Positions 30,088 to 40,991 of a stretch of 64,000 nt of DNA are shown here, piece after piece; the stretch's first letter is position 1; the number at the start of each line of letters is the position of its first letter. Position numbers and translations under genes: made by a program. Source of the DNA: an uncultured delta proteobacterium (GTDB lineage: Bacteria; Desulfobacterota; Desulfobacteria; Desulfobacterales; JAFDCJ01); NCBI GenBank assembly GCA_963769935.1, contig CAVYNY010000015.1:1-64000 (forward strand), written 5' to 3'. A model generated the notes under the pieces. That model was not told where the DNA came from and did no database searches. It saw only the letters and a list, made by a program, of their open reading frames with translations.

Positions 30088-32801
30088 TTACTTTGCATCG
30101 CCTTTTGGCGGTATGATCAGAATCTTTTTCAATTCTTCCATTGCATTTCCAAAATTCTGCCATTTTCCCTGTTCCAGTGCTTTCTGAGCATTTTCAAATT
30201 CTTTCTTGGCACGAATCAACTCATCTGTTTGAACCGGGGCGGCAATGGTGTGCTTTTCAGGCTGGGCGGCACCGAAGACGGCTCGCCAGGGCCTGCTCGA
30301 GGGTCGGCTCCATGACCACCTTATCGCCTTGAATGACAATGATGCGTTTCAGCTGGGGGATGTTTATTCCTTCAGCGATGAGATACACCGGCTCCACGTA
30401 GAGAAACGCGTTGTCAATGGGAATCACAATCAAGTTGCCGCGGATGACCCGCGATCCCTTCTGGTCCCAAAGGGACAATTGTTCGGATATCAGGGTATTC
30501 TGATCGATCATGGCTTCAATTTGAATGGGACCGAATGTCAGCCGCTTTTTGGGGAGTTGATAGACGATCAGGTGTCCGTACTGGGGAAAATCACATTTGG
30601 CCGCCATCCACGCGATCATATTGTCCCGGCCCTGGGGGGTAAAGGGCGTCATCAGAAGATACTGAAGCGCTTGCGTGCCGGGCAGACGCATCAGGATGTA
30701 ATAGGGTTCAAGCCGAATTGCGCTGCCCGCATATTTTTCCTGGGGCAAGTCCCAGAGATCCTCCTGGTTGTAAAATACCTGGGGGGTGGTCATATGATAC
30801 GTTCGGTAAAGATCGGCTTGAATGTCAAACAGATCCTCGGGGTAGCGGAGGTGATTTTTCAGATCCTGAGGCATGTCCGCCAGGTCTTTGAAGGCGCCCG
30901 GGAAGGCCCGCCGGTACAAAGCCAGGATCGGGTCCTGGGGGTCCATCACATAAAGCTGCACCGTCCCGTTATAGACGTCCACCACGGCTTTCACCGAGTT
31001 GCGGATGTAATTCAGCCTTATTGAACGCTTTTTCATACGGTGCTGAATAGGGAAAGCGGTCGGATACCGTGTAGGCATCCTGAATCCAGTAGAGTTTTCC
31101 TTCACTGAGCACAAGGTATGGATCCTGATCAAGTTCTAAAAAGGGGGCGATCCGGGCGACACGCTCGCGCACATTGCGCCAGATCTGAATGCGACTTTCG
31201 GGTCCGGTGTATGAAGTGAGCAAAATGTTGATGTCGGACTGGGTCCAGGCAAACAAAGCCCTTTTCCAGAAGCTGTCAAGGGGAATACCCCCTTTGCCCT
31301 GATAGCTGGTGTAGACGTTTTGATCGCCTTTGGGGTAGTCAAACTCCTTGATCTTGGTCGCTACAATTCGGTAGCCGGGTGTTTTTTCACCGTAGTAGAT
31401 CGCCGGCTGATCCACCGTCAAACCGAATGCGGACTCGGGCGGAATATTGTCGATAATGTAGTCGGGCAGGCCCTCGGGAGTCTTTTTGGAGACAAAGTTC
31501 ATGACCGGGCCATAGCCGTGAGTGAACTGAAGGTATTTATTGACCCAGGTTCGGGCCTTGGGGGGCAGCTGGGCCGCCAGTTCACGGGCCGAGAGCATCA
31601 CCTGGTGATAGCCGTCTTCCAGGTGATAGCGATCCACATCCACCTGGTAAAATTGATAATACAGCCGAATTTCCTGGGTCTGACGATAGGTTTGAAGAAT
31701 GGGCCGCCAGTCCCAGATACGAATATTGTCAATTGTTTCCTGATTCTTGGGGATATCATCCAGGGTGAGGTCTCCCAAAGCCGGATAGGACGTTTCCTTA
31801 ATTTGATCGAGCTGAAAAGCCTTGCGGGTAAATTCGATATTATGCTTAAGATACGGCGTTTCCAGTTCAAGTTCGCTGGGCTGCACCTTGAATTTTTGCA
31901 CCAGGCCGGGCAGGATGATAATAATGATAAAATACAAGGCAAAATAACTGCAGAACGCTGATCGGAAGCATCTTAAAACGCCGGGTGAAAAAACCCACGG
32001 CAATCATAATTGCCAGTACAATGGAAGCCAACAGCATGATCCAGAGCGTGATGCGGCTGACGTTATCGGCGGTATACCCCACGCCGTATACCACGCCGGT
32101 CGTTGAATAGAGAAGTTCGAAACGATCCAGATAATACCCCCACCCCCACACGCCGATCAAAAAGATGAAAAGCAGCGGACAGGTGCCCGATCACCTTCCA
32201 GCTGCCGTGCAGGATTTCGCCCCGGCCGAACCGAAACGCCCCAAAGTAGGAATAGGTGAACGAGCACAATGAGCAGGGTTATGAAGGTCAGGCCCATCAT
32301 GCTGTTTTGGATCAGTTCGTAAAAGGGAAGTCGAAAAAGATAAAAGCCGATGTCCTTGCCGAAGATCGGATCCGGTTGGCCGACGGCTCCTCCCCAGTGA
32401 AAACGCAGATAGGTGTCCCACTCGGGATGAAAGTTGAGCGCGAATATCAGACCGATGACGGCCGAGATTACCAGCCCGCCCGCTTTCAAAAACCCGGGGG
32501 TAATCCCGACGCCCGTTTGGGTGTAAATCCGGGTGGTATCTCCATCCATGGCTCGGGGAAAGGCAGCCGTGGTTGCTGCCGCAAACCGGAAATTAATCCA
32601 GGTATAAAGAAAGACGACCAGGAAGGACACACCCGAAAGAGACCATTTGACGGACAGCAGCCGCCAGAAAATATTCAGGTATCCTACCTGCCGCATCCAG
32701 AGCCATTGCTGCATCAAGCCGGATGCCACCAAGCAAAACACAAGTAAAATGAACGCCGCCGCGATCAAGGATCCTAAAATTACAGCAGGTCTTTTTTGCA
32801 T
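30088..32801 (-). CDS. UPF0182 family membrane protein, split by several frameshifts
   Basis: DPIFGKDIGFYLFRLP, NIRIWD, YYQF..VDVDRY, FTHGYG, NYIRNSVK, RGNLIVIPI...LYVEPVY across consecutive ORFs. Confidence 0.9.
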
Positions 32802-32843
32802 GGCTATCCTCCCTAATTAGTGGTTGAACGAAAAACCGTCCAT

Positions 32844-32935
32844 ACTATAAATCTCACAGTTGAACGCAGGTATCGGTGCTGGTCTGATAATCGAGTAGGA
32901 TATTGGTGCTTTTCTCTGTAAATGTTTGTCTTACA
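32844..32935 (-). promoter_or_regulatory. Motif 1 promoter module (before UPF0182)
   Basis: Minus strand TGTAAGA...TCCTAC...CCGATA-N21-TATAGT. Confidence 0.75.
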
Positions 32936-32945
32936 AAATATGGAA

Positions 32946-32974
32946 TTGACAAACGGCATATTCGCATTTATGGT
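32946..32974 (+). promoter_or_regulatory. Sigma70-like promoter for USP
   Basis: TTGACA-N17-TATGGT. Confidence 0.55.
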
Positions 32975-33006
32975 TTAATCATAAAATAAATCTGGAAGAA
33001 GACACT

Positions 33007-33450
33007 ATGAATCGTATCCTGGTTGCCATTGACTTTTCGGAAGTAACCGACGACGTGCTCTCAAAAGCGATAACGCTGACCAAAGCACTGCAAGGCCGGC
33101 TGCGTATACTTCATGTAAATGATTCAGCGCCGTACAGCTATGCTCCCAAGAAGGATACCCCAAGTGAATCGATGCCCCAAATCGCCAAGCCATCGATGGC
33201 GGCCAACAATCTGGGAGCGATTCGGACCCGGATGTCAAAAGAACAGTTCGAGGCAGACTATCGATTGATGGAAGGTCCGGCGGCAGACAATATATTATCG
33301 GCCGCCAGGGAATTCGCGGCCGATATCATTGTGATCGGCGCGCGAGAGCATGGAAAATTTTTCCACTGTTTATTCGATGATACCACCAACTCTCTAATCC
33401 GCCATTCACCGTGTCCCATCCTGGTCGTACCGCATGTGGTCAGCAAATAG
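33007..33450 (+). CDS. Universal stress protein (single domain)
   Basis: RILVAIDFS, ADIIVIGA, SPCPILVVP. Confidence 0.9.
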   Translation: MNRILVAIDFSEVTDDVLSKAITLTKALQGRLRILHVNDSAPYSYAPKKDTPSESMPQIAKPSMAANNLGAIRTRMSKEQFEADYRLMEGPAADNILSAAREFAADIIVIGAREHGKFFHCLFDDTTNSLIRHSPCPILVVPHVVSK

Positions 33451-33466
33451 CAACACCGATTTGGGT

Positions 33467-35446
33467 TTATGAGACGCGCGGCCCAAGTATGGCTAAAATT
33501 TCAGGTTCGTCCATCTTTTCTTTTTCGAGCAATACCTGGGCCATTTTTTCGAGTTTATCGCGTTTGTCCGTCAGCATTTGCTTGGCATCCGCATAGCAGG
33601 CTCGGATAATTTCCTGCGTCTCATCGTCGATCATCTGTCCAAGTTTTTCAGAATGCTGCATCATGCCGGGGCCCTGACCCAGGAACAGATCCTGCTGATG
33701 GTCGACCAGCGATATATTCGGCGCCTGTTGGCTCATACCATAAACCGTGATCATATTACGTGCAATTTTGGCTATTTTTTCCAGGTCATTGGAGGCACCG
33801 GTGGAAACCTCGCCAAAGACAATTTCTTCGGCTGCCCGGCCTCCCAGCAAGCCCTTGATTTTACCGGTCAACTCGCTGCGCGACATCAGAAAACGGTCTT
33901 CCAGCGGGGTTTGCAGCGTGTAGCCCAAAGCGCCGATACCCCGCGGCACAATGGAGACTTTCTGGACCGGATCCGCTCCGGCAGTAAAATGGCCCACGAT
34001 GGCATGCCCGGATTCATGGTAGGCGACCACCTCCCGTTCATGGGGATTGATCAGCTTGTTCTTTTTCTCCAGCCCTGCGATCACCCGCTCGATCGCATCC
34101 TGGAAATGTTGCTGGGAGATTTCGTTCCGGTCTTTACGGGAGGCTAATAAAGCCGCTTCATTGCAGACATTGGCAATTTCAGCCCCTCCAAATCCAGGCG
34201 TTTCAGCAGCCAGTTTGCGCAGGTCGACGTCGTCTTTCAGAGTCAAATTACGGGTATGCACTTCAAATATTCGAACCCGTCCGATAAGATCCGGTCGATC
34301 CACGAGAATCTGGCGGTCAAACCGCCCGGGCCGCAGCAAGGCCGAATCAAGAACCTCGGGCCGGTTGGTGGCCCCCATGATAATGATTCCGATTTGGGGA
34401 TCGAAACCGTCCATTTCGCTGAGCAACTGGTTAAGCGTGTTTTCCCTTTCATCGTTTCTACCCATATAAGGACCCTGGGACCTGCTTTTGCCGACGGCAT
34501 CCAGCTCGTCGATAAAAATAATGCACGGGGCCTTGGCCTTGGCTTCTTTGAAGAGGTCGCGCACCCGGGCGGCGCCGACTCCGACGAACATCTCCACAAA
34601 ATCCGAGCCGCTCAGGTTGAAAAAAGGCACATTGGCTTCCCCGGCCACGGCGCGCGCCAGCAGTGTCTTACCCGTTCCCGGAGGACCTACCAGCATGATG
34701 CCTTTGGGTAGTTTGGCCCCCAGACGCGTGTATTTGCCCGGTTCTTTTAAAAAGGACACGACTTCTTTGACTTCTTCAACCGCCTCATCGACCCCGGCGA
34801 CGTCCTCGAATGTGACTTTGAGCGATGGGTCGACTTCATATATTTTGGCTTTGTTTTTGCCCAGGTTCAAAAAGCCGGCGCCGCCGCCGCCCTTGCCCAT
34901 TTTGCGCATGATCCAACCCCAGACCAGAAAGAGAATGCCGAAAGGAATGATCCAATTGGAGATCAAATGGGCGAAAAAATGCGATTCGATTTTGCCCTGG
35001 TAAGTAACGCCGTGCTGCTGCAGGTCTTCCAGCAGGTTGGGATCGGTGAGGGGGATGACCGTAAATTGGCGTTGAACTTCCTCTTGGCGGGCCTTTTCCG
35101 ATTGCGTCAGGTTTTTTTCAAAATTGAGATACCAGGGGGTTTGTTTTTGCTGCGGGGTGAAGCTGGGCTTAGCGGAGGAGGGAGGGGGCTCGGTTTCGGT
35201 TTTTTTCGCTGCACTGCCGGTCTGCGGGACAGCTTTGGGAGCAGCCTGATCGGATTTCAGTAAACCGTAGATCCTGTCGGATTCCAAAATTACACTTTCG
35301 ACTTTATTCTTTTGAATAAGATCCCGGAATTTGCTGTATGGCAGCTCTTTAACCGCCGGTCCGGAAAAAAACATGGTTTCCAGAAAAAGCATAATCAAAA
35401 ACATAATCAGGTAATAGCCGATGGAAAACTTGGATCGTTGAATCAT
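33467..35446 (-). CDS. ftsH: ATP-dependent zinc metalloprotease FtsH
   Basis: Two TMs, [26 protein letters not shown]. Confidence 0.95.
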   Translation of the reverse strand: MIQRSKFSIGYYLIMFLIMLFLETMFFSGPAVKELPYSKFRDLIQKNKVESVILESDRIYGLLKSDQAAPKAVPQTGSAAKKTETEPPPSSAKPSFTPQQKQTPWYLNFEKNLTQSEKARQEEVQRQFTVIPLTDPNLLEDLQQHGVTYQGKIESHFFAHLISNWIIPFGILFLVWGWIMRKMGKGGGGAGFLNLGKNKAKIYEVDPSLKVTFEDVAGVDEAVEEVKEVVSFLKEPGKYTRLGAKLPKGIMLVGPPGTGKTLLARAVAGEANVPFFNLSGSDFVEMFVGVGAARVRDLFKEAKAKAPCIIFIDELDAVGKSRSQGPYMGRNDERENTLNQLLSEMDGFDPQIGIIIMGATNRPEVLDSALLRPGRFDRQILVDRPDLIGRVRIFEVHTRNLTLKDDVDLRKLAAETPGFGGAEIANVCNEAALLASRKDRNEISQQHFQDAIERVIAGLEKKNKLINPHEREVVAYHESGHAIVGHFTAGADPVQKVSIVPRGIGALGYTLQTPLEDRFLMSRSELTGKIKGLLGGRAAEEIVFGEVSTGASNDLEKIAKIARNMITVYGMSQQAPNISLVDHQQDLFLGQGPGMMQHSEKLGQMIDDETQEIIRACYADAKQMLTDKRDKLEKMAQVLLEKEKMDEPEILAILGPRVS

Positions 35447-35530
35447 TAACGCCTCCCCGGAGCAGTTGTCATTAATTTCGCTTATTTGCCAGGCGACTGG
35501 AACGTGCCGCCACCTCTTTAAATTAAACCA

Positions 35531-35622
35531 ATATTAAATCCTGAAAGGCGGTTCGGGTATCGGCGCAGGTCCTATTTTTGTGTCGGATTCCGTGGAGATT
35601 TGCCGTAGGCATTTATCTGACA
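35531..35622 (-). promoter_or_regulatory. Motif 1 promoter module (before ftsH)
   Basis: Minus strand TGTCAGA...TCCGAC...CCGATA-N21-TAATAT. Confidence 0.75.
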
Positions 35623-35692
35623 CGAACTTGCTCAGCCGCACTTGAAAAAACAGCTCCCACAAGATCCTTAAGCTGTTATCAGGTTCCAAATA

Positions 35693-35754
35693 AGTTTCTT
35701 TTTTGATCAGATCGGCCGTTGTTTTGGCCGGCGGCTGGGCTGACACCTGAAACC
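35693..35754. repeat. AGTTTCTT-GATCAGA dispersed repeat
   Basis: Matches 44152-44213 and 44003-44058. Confidence 0.7.
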
Positions 35755-35809
35755 TTTTACACTGGTCAACATCGGCGACAGCCAGGCTGTGGCCTTCTCG
35801 CCGAAACAA

Positions 35810-35901
35810 TGTCAGACAAATATTGACACCAAATCTGGCGAAACTCCTACCTGATTATCAGACCGACACCGATACCGCAATCACCTCCGGCAGCTTATCG
35901 T
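35810..35901 (+). promoter_or_regulatory. Motif 1 promoter module (before P-type H+-ATPase operon)
   Basis: TGTCAGA...TCCTAC...CCGATA(35869)-N21-TATCGT. Confidence 0.75.
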
Positions 35902-35950
35902 GTGTTCAAATTGCAAACCGAAATTTCTTTTCGGACAGAAAGTAAATTGC

Positions 35951-38467
35951 ATGGGCACACCGGCACCCAAAATAGACACGGCAAACGAAGCGCCTGCGGC
36001 AAGCGTTTTCGAAAAGCTTGAATCCAGCCCCAAGGGACTCACTGCCTCAGAGGTCCATAAACGGCTCGAAGCATACGGCTATAATGAAATTGCTGAAAAG
36101 GAAGTAAACCCCCTGGTCAAATTCCTGGGCTACTTCTGGGGGCCGATTCCCTGGATGATCGAGGTCGCGGCCGTGCTCTCAGCCATCGTCCGACACTGGG
36201 CGGATTTTATTATCATCATCGTCCTGCTCGCATTTAACGGGGTGGTGGGCTTCTGGCAGGAATACCAGGCCGGCAACGCGGTGGCGGCACTCAAGAAAAA
36301 GCTGGCGCTGAAAAGCCGGGCTCTGAGAGACGGACACTGGCAGCAAATCAATGCCAAAGAACTGGTGCCCGGCGACATCATCCGTCTGCGTCTGGGAGAC
36401 ATTATCCCGGCCGATGTGATGCTGTTTGACGGCGAGTATCTGAGCGTGGACCAGTCAGCCCTTACCGGAGAATCTTTGCCGGTGAACAAGACCGCGGGCG
36501 ATTCCGCTTACTCGGGCTCGATAGCCAAGCAGGGCGAGATGCTGGGGCTGGTAACAGATACCGGCAACGACACCTATTTCGGCCGAACCGCCAAACTCGT
36601 CGCCAAGGCCAAGCCGGTGTCGCATTTCCAGAAGGCCGTACTGCAGATCGGCGATTATCTGATTTATCTGAGCCTGGGTCTGGTGGTGACCCTCATCCTC
36701 GTACAGCTGTTTCGCGGTACCGCCATGCTCGAGCTGGTTCAGTTCGCTTTGATTCTGACCGTGGCATCCATCCCGGTAGCCATGCCGGCGGTACTTTCGG
36801 TCACCATGGCCGTAGGCGCCCTGGTGCTTTCCAAAATGAAGGCCATCGTCTCCCGCCTGGAATCGATTGAAGAGATGGCCGGGATGGACATTCTGTGTTC
36901 CGACAAGACCGGGACCCTCACCCAGAACAAGCTTACCCTGGGGGATCCCCTGATATTCGAGGCCGAAAGCTCACAGGATCTGATTTTAGCTGCTGCGCTG
37001 GCTTCCAAGGAGGAGGATCAGGATGCCATCGACCTGGCCGTGATCGGTGGGCTTCAGGATCGCGGCGCGCTCAATTCATATCAGCAGCTTAAGTTTGTGC
37101 CCTTTGATCCGGTGGGCAAACGCACCGAAGCCACCATCCGGGGCGACGGCGACCACACCTTCAAGGTCACCAAAGGCGCACCACAGGTCATTCTTGCGCT
37201 GGCCCAGGTCGACCCGCATACCCGGGCCGGGGCTGAGCAGGCAATCAGCGACTTGGCCGCCAAGGGCTACCGCACTCTGGGTGTCGCCCGCGGTGAAGAC
37301 GCCGGCGCCTGGCAGTTTCTGGGAATTTTACCCCTATATGATCCGCCGCGCGAGGACTCGGCCGAGACCATCAGCCAGGCCCGCCGCCATGGGATAGCGG
37401 TAAAAATGGTAACGGGCGACAATCTGGCGATTGCCGGCGAGATTGCGCAGCAGCTCGGGCTGGGAAAGACCGTTTACGCGGCGGATAAGCTGCTGCAAGG
37501 CGACAAAGATGCAACCCGGATGGCAGCCGATACGGCCGAAAAGGTCGAACAGGCCGACGGTTTTGCCCAGGTTTTTCCGGAGCACAAGTACGGCATCGTC
37601 AAAGCCTTGCAGGCCCGCGGCCACATCGTCGGCATGACCGGCGATGGGGTCAACGATGCTCCGGCCCTGAAACAGGCCGATATCGGCATCGCCGTCAGCG
37701 GTGCCACCGACGCCGCTCGGGCGGCGGCATCTTTAGTGCTGACGGCGCCGGGACTATCGGTGGTCATTAATGCCGTGGAAGAGGCGCGCCGGATCTTTGA
37801 GCGTATGAACAGCTATGCCATCTACCGCATCACGGAGACGATCCGCATCATGGTTTTTGTGGTGCTGGCGATGATCGTGTTCAGCTTCTATCCCATCACC
37901 GCCATCATGATCATTCTGCTGGCTTTCCTCAATGACGTCCCCATCATGACCATTGCTTACGACCGGACCGGGCTCGAGCCCAACCCCGTGCACTGGAACA
38001 TGCATCGGGTCATTGCAGTGGCGACGGTAATGGGTCTGACCGGCGTCGCCGGAAGTTTTCTGATGCTTTACCTGGCGGTTGACTGGCTGCATTTAAACAT
38101 CCCCCAGGTCCAAACATATGTATTCCTGAAAATGGCTGTAGCCGGCCATCTGACATTATTTGTGTCCCGCAGCAAAGGGTTTTTTCTCAAAAAGCCTTAT
38201 CCGGCCCCGGTTATGATCTGGTCGGCGGTCGCCACCAAACTGGCAGGTACATTTCTGGCCGCCTATGGGTTCGGTCTGATCACACCGATCACCTGGCGCG
38301 AAATCGCTTTGATCTGGGGCTATTCCATTACCTGGGCTTTTCTGACGGATTGGGCCAAGACAAGGGTTTATCGCCACTTTGGCATGGCAACGACGCGGCA
38401 TAAAAATTTTCTCAATACCGTGAAGCAGTCGCTGCATCACCACGCAGCGCCTACGATCTATCGGTAA
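35951..38467 (+). CDS. Plasma-membrane-type proton-efflux P-type ATPase (P3A)
   Basis: FWGPIPWMIE, TGES, IPVAMP, CSDKTGTLT, GDGVNDAPALK, LNDVPIMTIAYD. Confidence 0.92.
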   Translation: MGTPAPKIDTANEAPAASVFEKLESSPKGLTASEVHKRLEAYGYNEIAEKEVNPLVKFLGYFWGPIPWMIEVAAVLSAIVRHWADFIIIIVLLAFNGVVGFWQEYQAGNAVAALKKKLALKSRALRDGHWQQINAKELVPGDIIRLRLGDIIPADVMLFDGEYLSVDQSALTGESLPVNKTAGDSAYSGSIAKQGEMLGLVTDTGNDTYFGRTAKLVAKAKPVSHFQKAVLQIGDYLIYLSLGLVVTLILVQLFRGTAMLELVQFALILTVASIPVAMPAVLSVTMAVGALVLSKMKAIVSRLESIEEMAGMDILCSDKTGTLTQNKLTLGDPLIFEAESSQDLILAAALASKEEDQDAIDLAVIGGLQDRGALNSYQQLKFVPFDPVGKRTEATIRGDGDHTFKVTKGAPQVILALAQVDPHTRAGAEQAISDLAAKGYRTLGVARGEDAGAWQFLGILPLYDPPREDSAETISQARRHGIAVKMVTGDNLAIAGEIAQQLGLGKTVYAADKLLQGDKDATRMAADTAEKVEQADGFAQVFPEHKYGIVKALQARGHIVGMTGDGVNDAPALKQADIGIAVSGATDAARAAASLVLTAPGLSVVINAVEEARRIFERMNSYAIYRITETIRIMVFVVLAMIVFSFYPITAIMIILLAFLNDVPIMTIAYDRTGLEPNPVHWNMHRVIAVATVMGLTGVAGSFLMLYLAVDWLHLNIPQVQTYVFLKMAVAGHLTLFVSRSKGFFLKKPYPAPVMIWSAVATKLAGTFLAAYGFGLITPITWREIALIWGYSITWAFLTDWAKTRVYRHFGMATTRHKNFLNTVKQSLHHHAAPTIYR

Positions 38468-38513
38468 TTCAGAATAACAAAAAAAGATTATCAACACCAT
38501 TAAGGAGGTTCTC

Positions 38514-40037
38514 ATGTTTAATCGATTGTTTATATCAAACCGTCGCATCCCCGCCCCGTTTAAGAAGATGATAGCCGGTCTGCTGCTGGCTTTTGCAGGT
38601 GCAGGGGTTATTACGGCATGCGCTCAGCAACCGGCGCCGGATAATAAATCTTCCGCTGCAGCTGAATCGTCCCATGCGGTAGTAAGCAGGGTGGATACAA
38701 GCCAGCGGCTGTCGACCGATTTATCCTCTGCCATTGAACAAGTGGCAAATAAAGCGATTCCGGCTGTGGTGCACATTGAAGTGACCGAACACCAGGAAAT
38801 GCCAAATCCTTACTATGCCTATAGGGACAATCCATTTTTCCGCCGCTTTTTCGGACTCCCCAAAAATATGCCGAAAAAGCTTCAAAGGGAAATGGTCGGC
38901 ATCGGCACAGGAGTGATCATCGATGCCGAGGGACATATCCTAACCAACTATCATGTGGTCGGGGGAGCCACTAAAATCGTGGTGACCCTATCAGACGGCA
39001 CCCAATATCCCGCCACGGTGGTAGGGGTGGATCCCGAAACGGATTTAGGCGTTATTAAAATCAACGCCGATAAGCCACTGCCTTTTTTAACCTTTGCAAA
39101 TTCAGACAAAGCCACGGTCGGTCAATGGGTAGTGGCCATCGGCCAATCCAGAGGACTCGACCAGACCGTTACCCAGGGGATTATCAGTGCCAAACATCGA
39201 ACCGGGATCACGGACCCGGGCAGCTACCAGGATTTTCTACAAACCGACGCCGCCATCAACCCGGGCAACAGCGGTGGACCCTTGCTGACGCTTGACGCCC
39301 GGGTCATCGGCATCAACTCAGAAATTGCCTCTCAATCGGGAGGTTTTGAAGGGATCGGATTTGCCATTCCCAGCAATATGGCTACCCATGTCGCCAAAGC
39401 CCTTATTGCCTACGGCAAGGTCGAGCGCGGATGGGTAGGCGTCGGTGCCCAGGATCTTACTCCCAATCTGGCCAAATCTTTCGGTTTAGCGCTTCCAAAG
39501 GGAGCACTGCTGGCGGAGATCGATAAAGATGGACCGGCGGATAAGGCCGGGCTCAAAAAAGGCGATGTCGTCGTCTCTTATCAAGGCCGGCCGGTTGCGG
39601 ATGCCTCCATTTTTCGCAACGATGTGGCAAACTCTCCTATCGGTCAACCGGCACAGGTCGGCATCTGGCGGGACGGTAAAAAACAGGAAATTTCGGTTAC
39701 GGTGGGCAACCTGGAGGATGAACGAAAAGCAGTCGCTGCGGTAGTGAAGGAGCGATTGGGTGTCGTGGTAAGGCCGCTGACCGTTAAAGAGGCTGAAGAT
39801 TACGGGCTGTCGCTGCCGAAAGGCGTAGCTGTTAAATGGGTCGATCCCAAAGGGGCGATCGGTCAGGCCGGATTCGAGGTGGGAGACGTTATTCTGGCCC
39901 TCGACAATCAGCCGGTCCAGGGAGTGGCCAGTTTCGACGAAATGATGATGGCCATTCCTCATCATCAGAAGGCGGTCTTGCTTGCCATCAGCCATAAAAC
40001 CGGGCAGTCCGGCTACGTTCAGATCGAGGTATCGTAG
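38514..40037 (+). CDS. Second DegP/DegQ protease, possible lipoprotein
   Basis: ITAC lipobox-like; TNYHVV, QTDAAINPGNSGGPL, two PDZ domains. Confidence 0.9.
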   Translation: MFNRLFISNRRIPAPFKKMIAGLLLAFAGAGVITACAQQPAPDNKSSAAAESSHAVVSRVDTSQRLSTDLSSAIEQVANKAIPAVVHIEVTEHQEMPNPYYAYRDNPFFRRFFGLPKNMPKKLQREMVGIGTGVIIDAEGHILTNYHVVGGATKIVVTLSDGTQYPATVVGVDPETDLGVIKINADKPLPFLTFANSDKATVGQWVVAIGQSRGLDQTVTQGIISAKHRTGITDPGSYQDFLQTDAAINPGNSGGPLLTLDARVIGINSEIASQSGGFEGIGFAIPSNMATHVAKALIAYGKVERGWVGVGAQDLTPNLAKSFGLALPKGALLAEIDKDGPADKAGLKKGDVVVSYQGRPVADASIFRNDVANSPIGQPAQVGIWRDGKKQEISVTVGNLEDERKAVAAVVKERLGVVVRPLTVKEAEDYGLSLPKGVAVKWVDPKGAIGQAGFEVGDVILALDNQPVQGVASFDEMMMAIPHHQKAVLLAISHKTGQSGYVQIEVS

Positions 40038-40131
40038 CTGCGGTGTTAACGACCGCAGCAATGCATGGAATGTCGAAGATCCGCCTTCGGAGGGGTGAAA
40101 AGATGGAATATTGGAGAATTGGAGAAGATCA

Positions 40132-40968
40132 ATGAGTATTTTTAGCGCAGGGCATTATCTGGGATTGGTTGCTTTAGGGATCGGCGTCGGTTGCTATGGA
40201 ACTTTGATCGGCGCAGGCGGCGGCTTCGTGTTGATGCCGGTCCTTCTGCTGCTGTATCCGCAGCAAGACGCCGATCTGCTGACCAGCATCTCGCTGGCGG
40301 TGGTTTTTTTCAATGCCCTCTCGGGGTCGGAAGCCTATGCGCTGCTGAAACGCATTGACTATCGTTCCGGCTTGATGTTTTCGGCTGCGACCATACCGGG
40401 GGCCGTGCTGGGGGCCCTGAACACGGCATATGTGCCCCGTCGTGTGTTTGATTTAATTTTCAGCGTCTTGTTATTGGCGGCCGCCGTCTTTTTAGGTTGG
40501 CGACCGCGCAAGGCCGGAACCGGTGGAAAATCAATGAACGCTGCTCATCACAAAATGGTGCGGCGGGTGGTCGATGTGCATGGTATCGTGTACGAGTATG
40601 ATTTCAACTGGCTGCTTGGCATGGGGATCAGCCTCATTGTCGGATATGTTTCAAGTTTTTTGGGGATCGGTGGAGGCATTATCCATGTTCCGGCGCTCAG
40701 CTTTCTCTTGAATTTTCCCGTACACATCGCCACCGCCACCTCCCACTTTATTCTGGCCATCATGGCATTGACCGGCACTGTGGTCCACATTTTGACGGGA
40801 ACCTTCGCCCACGGCGTCCATCGAACGATAGCCCTGGCCATTGGGGTGGTCCTGGGCGCTCAAATAGGTGCACGCCTGTCCGAGAGGTTGCAGGGAAGCT
40901 GGATCATCCGGAGTTTGGCAGTTGCTCTGGGACTCGTGGGACTGCGGATTTTAATCGTGGCCTTGTAG
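40132..40968 (+). CDS. TauE/SafE (TSUP) family membrane transporter
   Basis: GTLIGAGGG and GIGGGIIHVP repeats; hydrophobic. Confidence 0.85.
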   Translation: MSIFSAGHYLGLVALGIGVGCYGTLIGAGGGFVLMPVLLLLYPQQDADLLTSISLAVVFFNALSGSEAYALLKRIDYRSGLMFSAATIPGAVLGALNTAYVPRRVFDLIFSVLLLAAAVFLGWRPRKAGTGGKSMNAAHHKMVRRVVDVHGIVYEYDFNWLLGMGISLIVGYVSSFLGIGGGIIHVPALSFLLNFPVHIATATSHFILAIMALTGTVVHILTGTFAHGVHRTIALAIGVVLGAQIGARLSERLQGSWIIRSLAVALGLVGLRILIVAL

Positions 40969-40991
40969 GCCTGGGTCGAGGTATTCGCGCT

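Noticed and set aside
14330..35901. CCGATA as a sigma28 -10 element (GCCGATAA)
   Set aside because: No TAAA 15 bp upstream in the copies, and a TAnnnT hexamer follows at a constant 21 bp, which fits an activator site at a sigma70 promoter better
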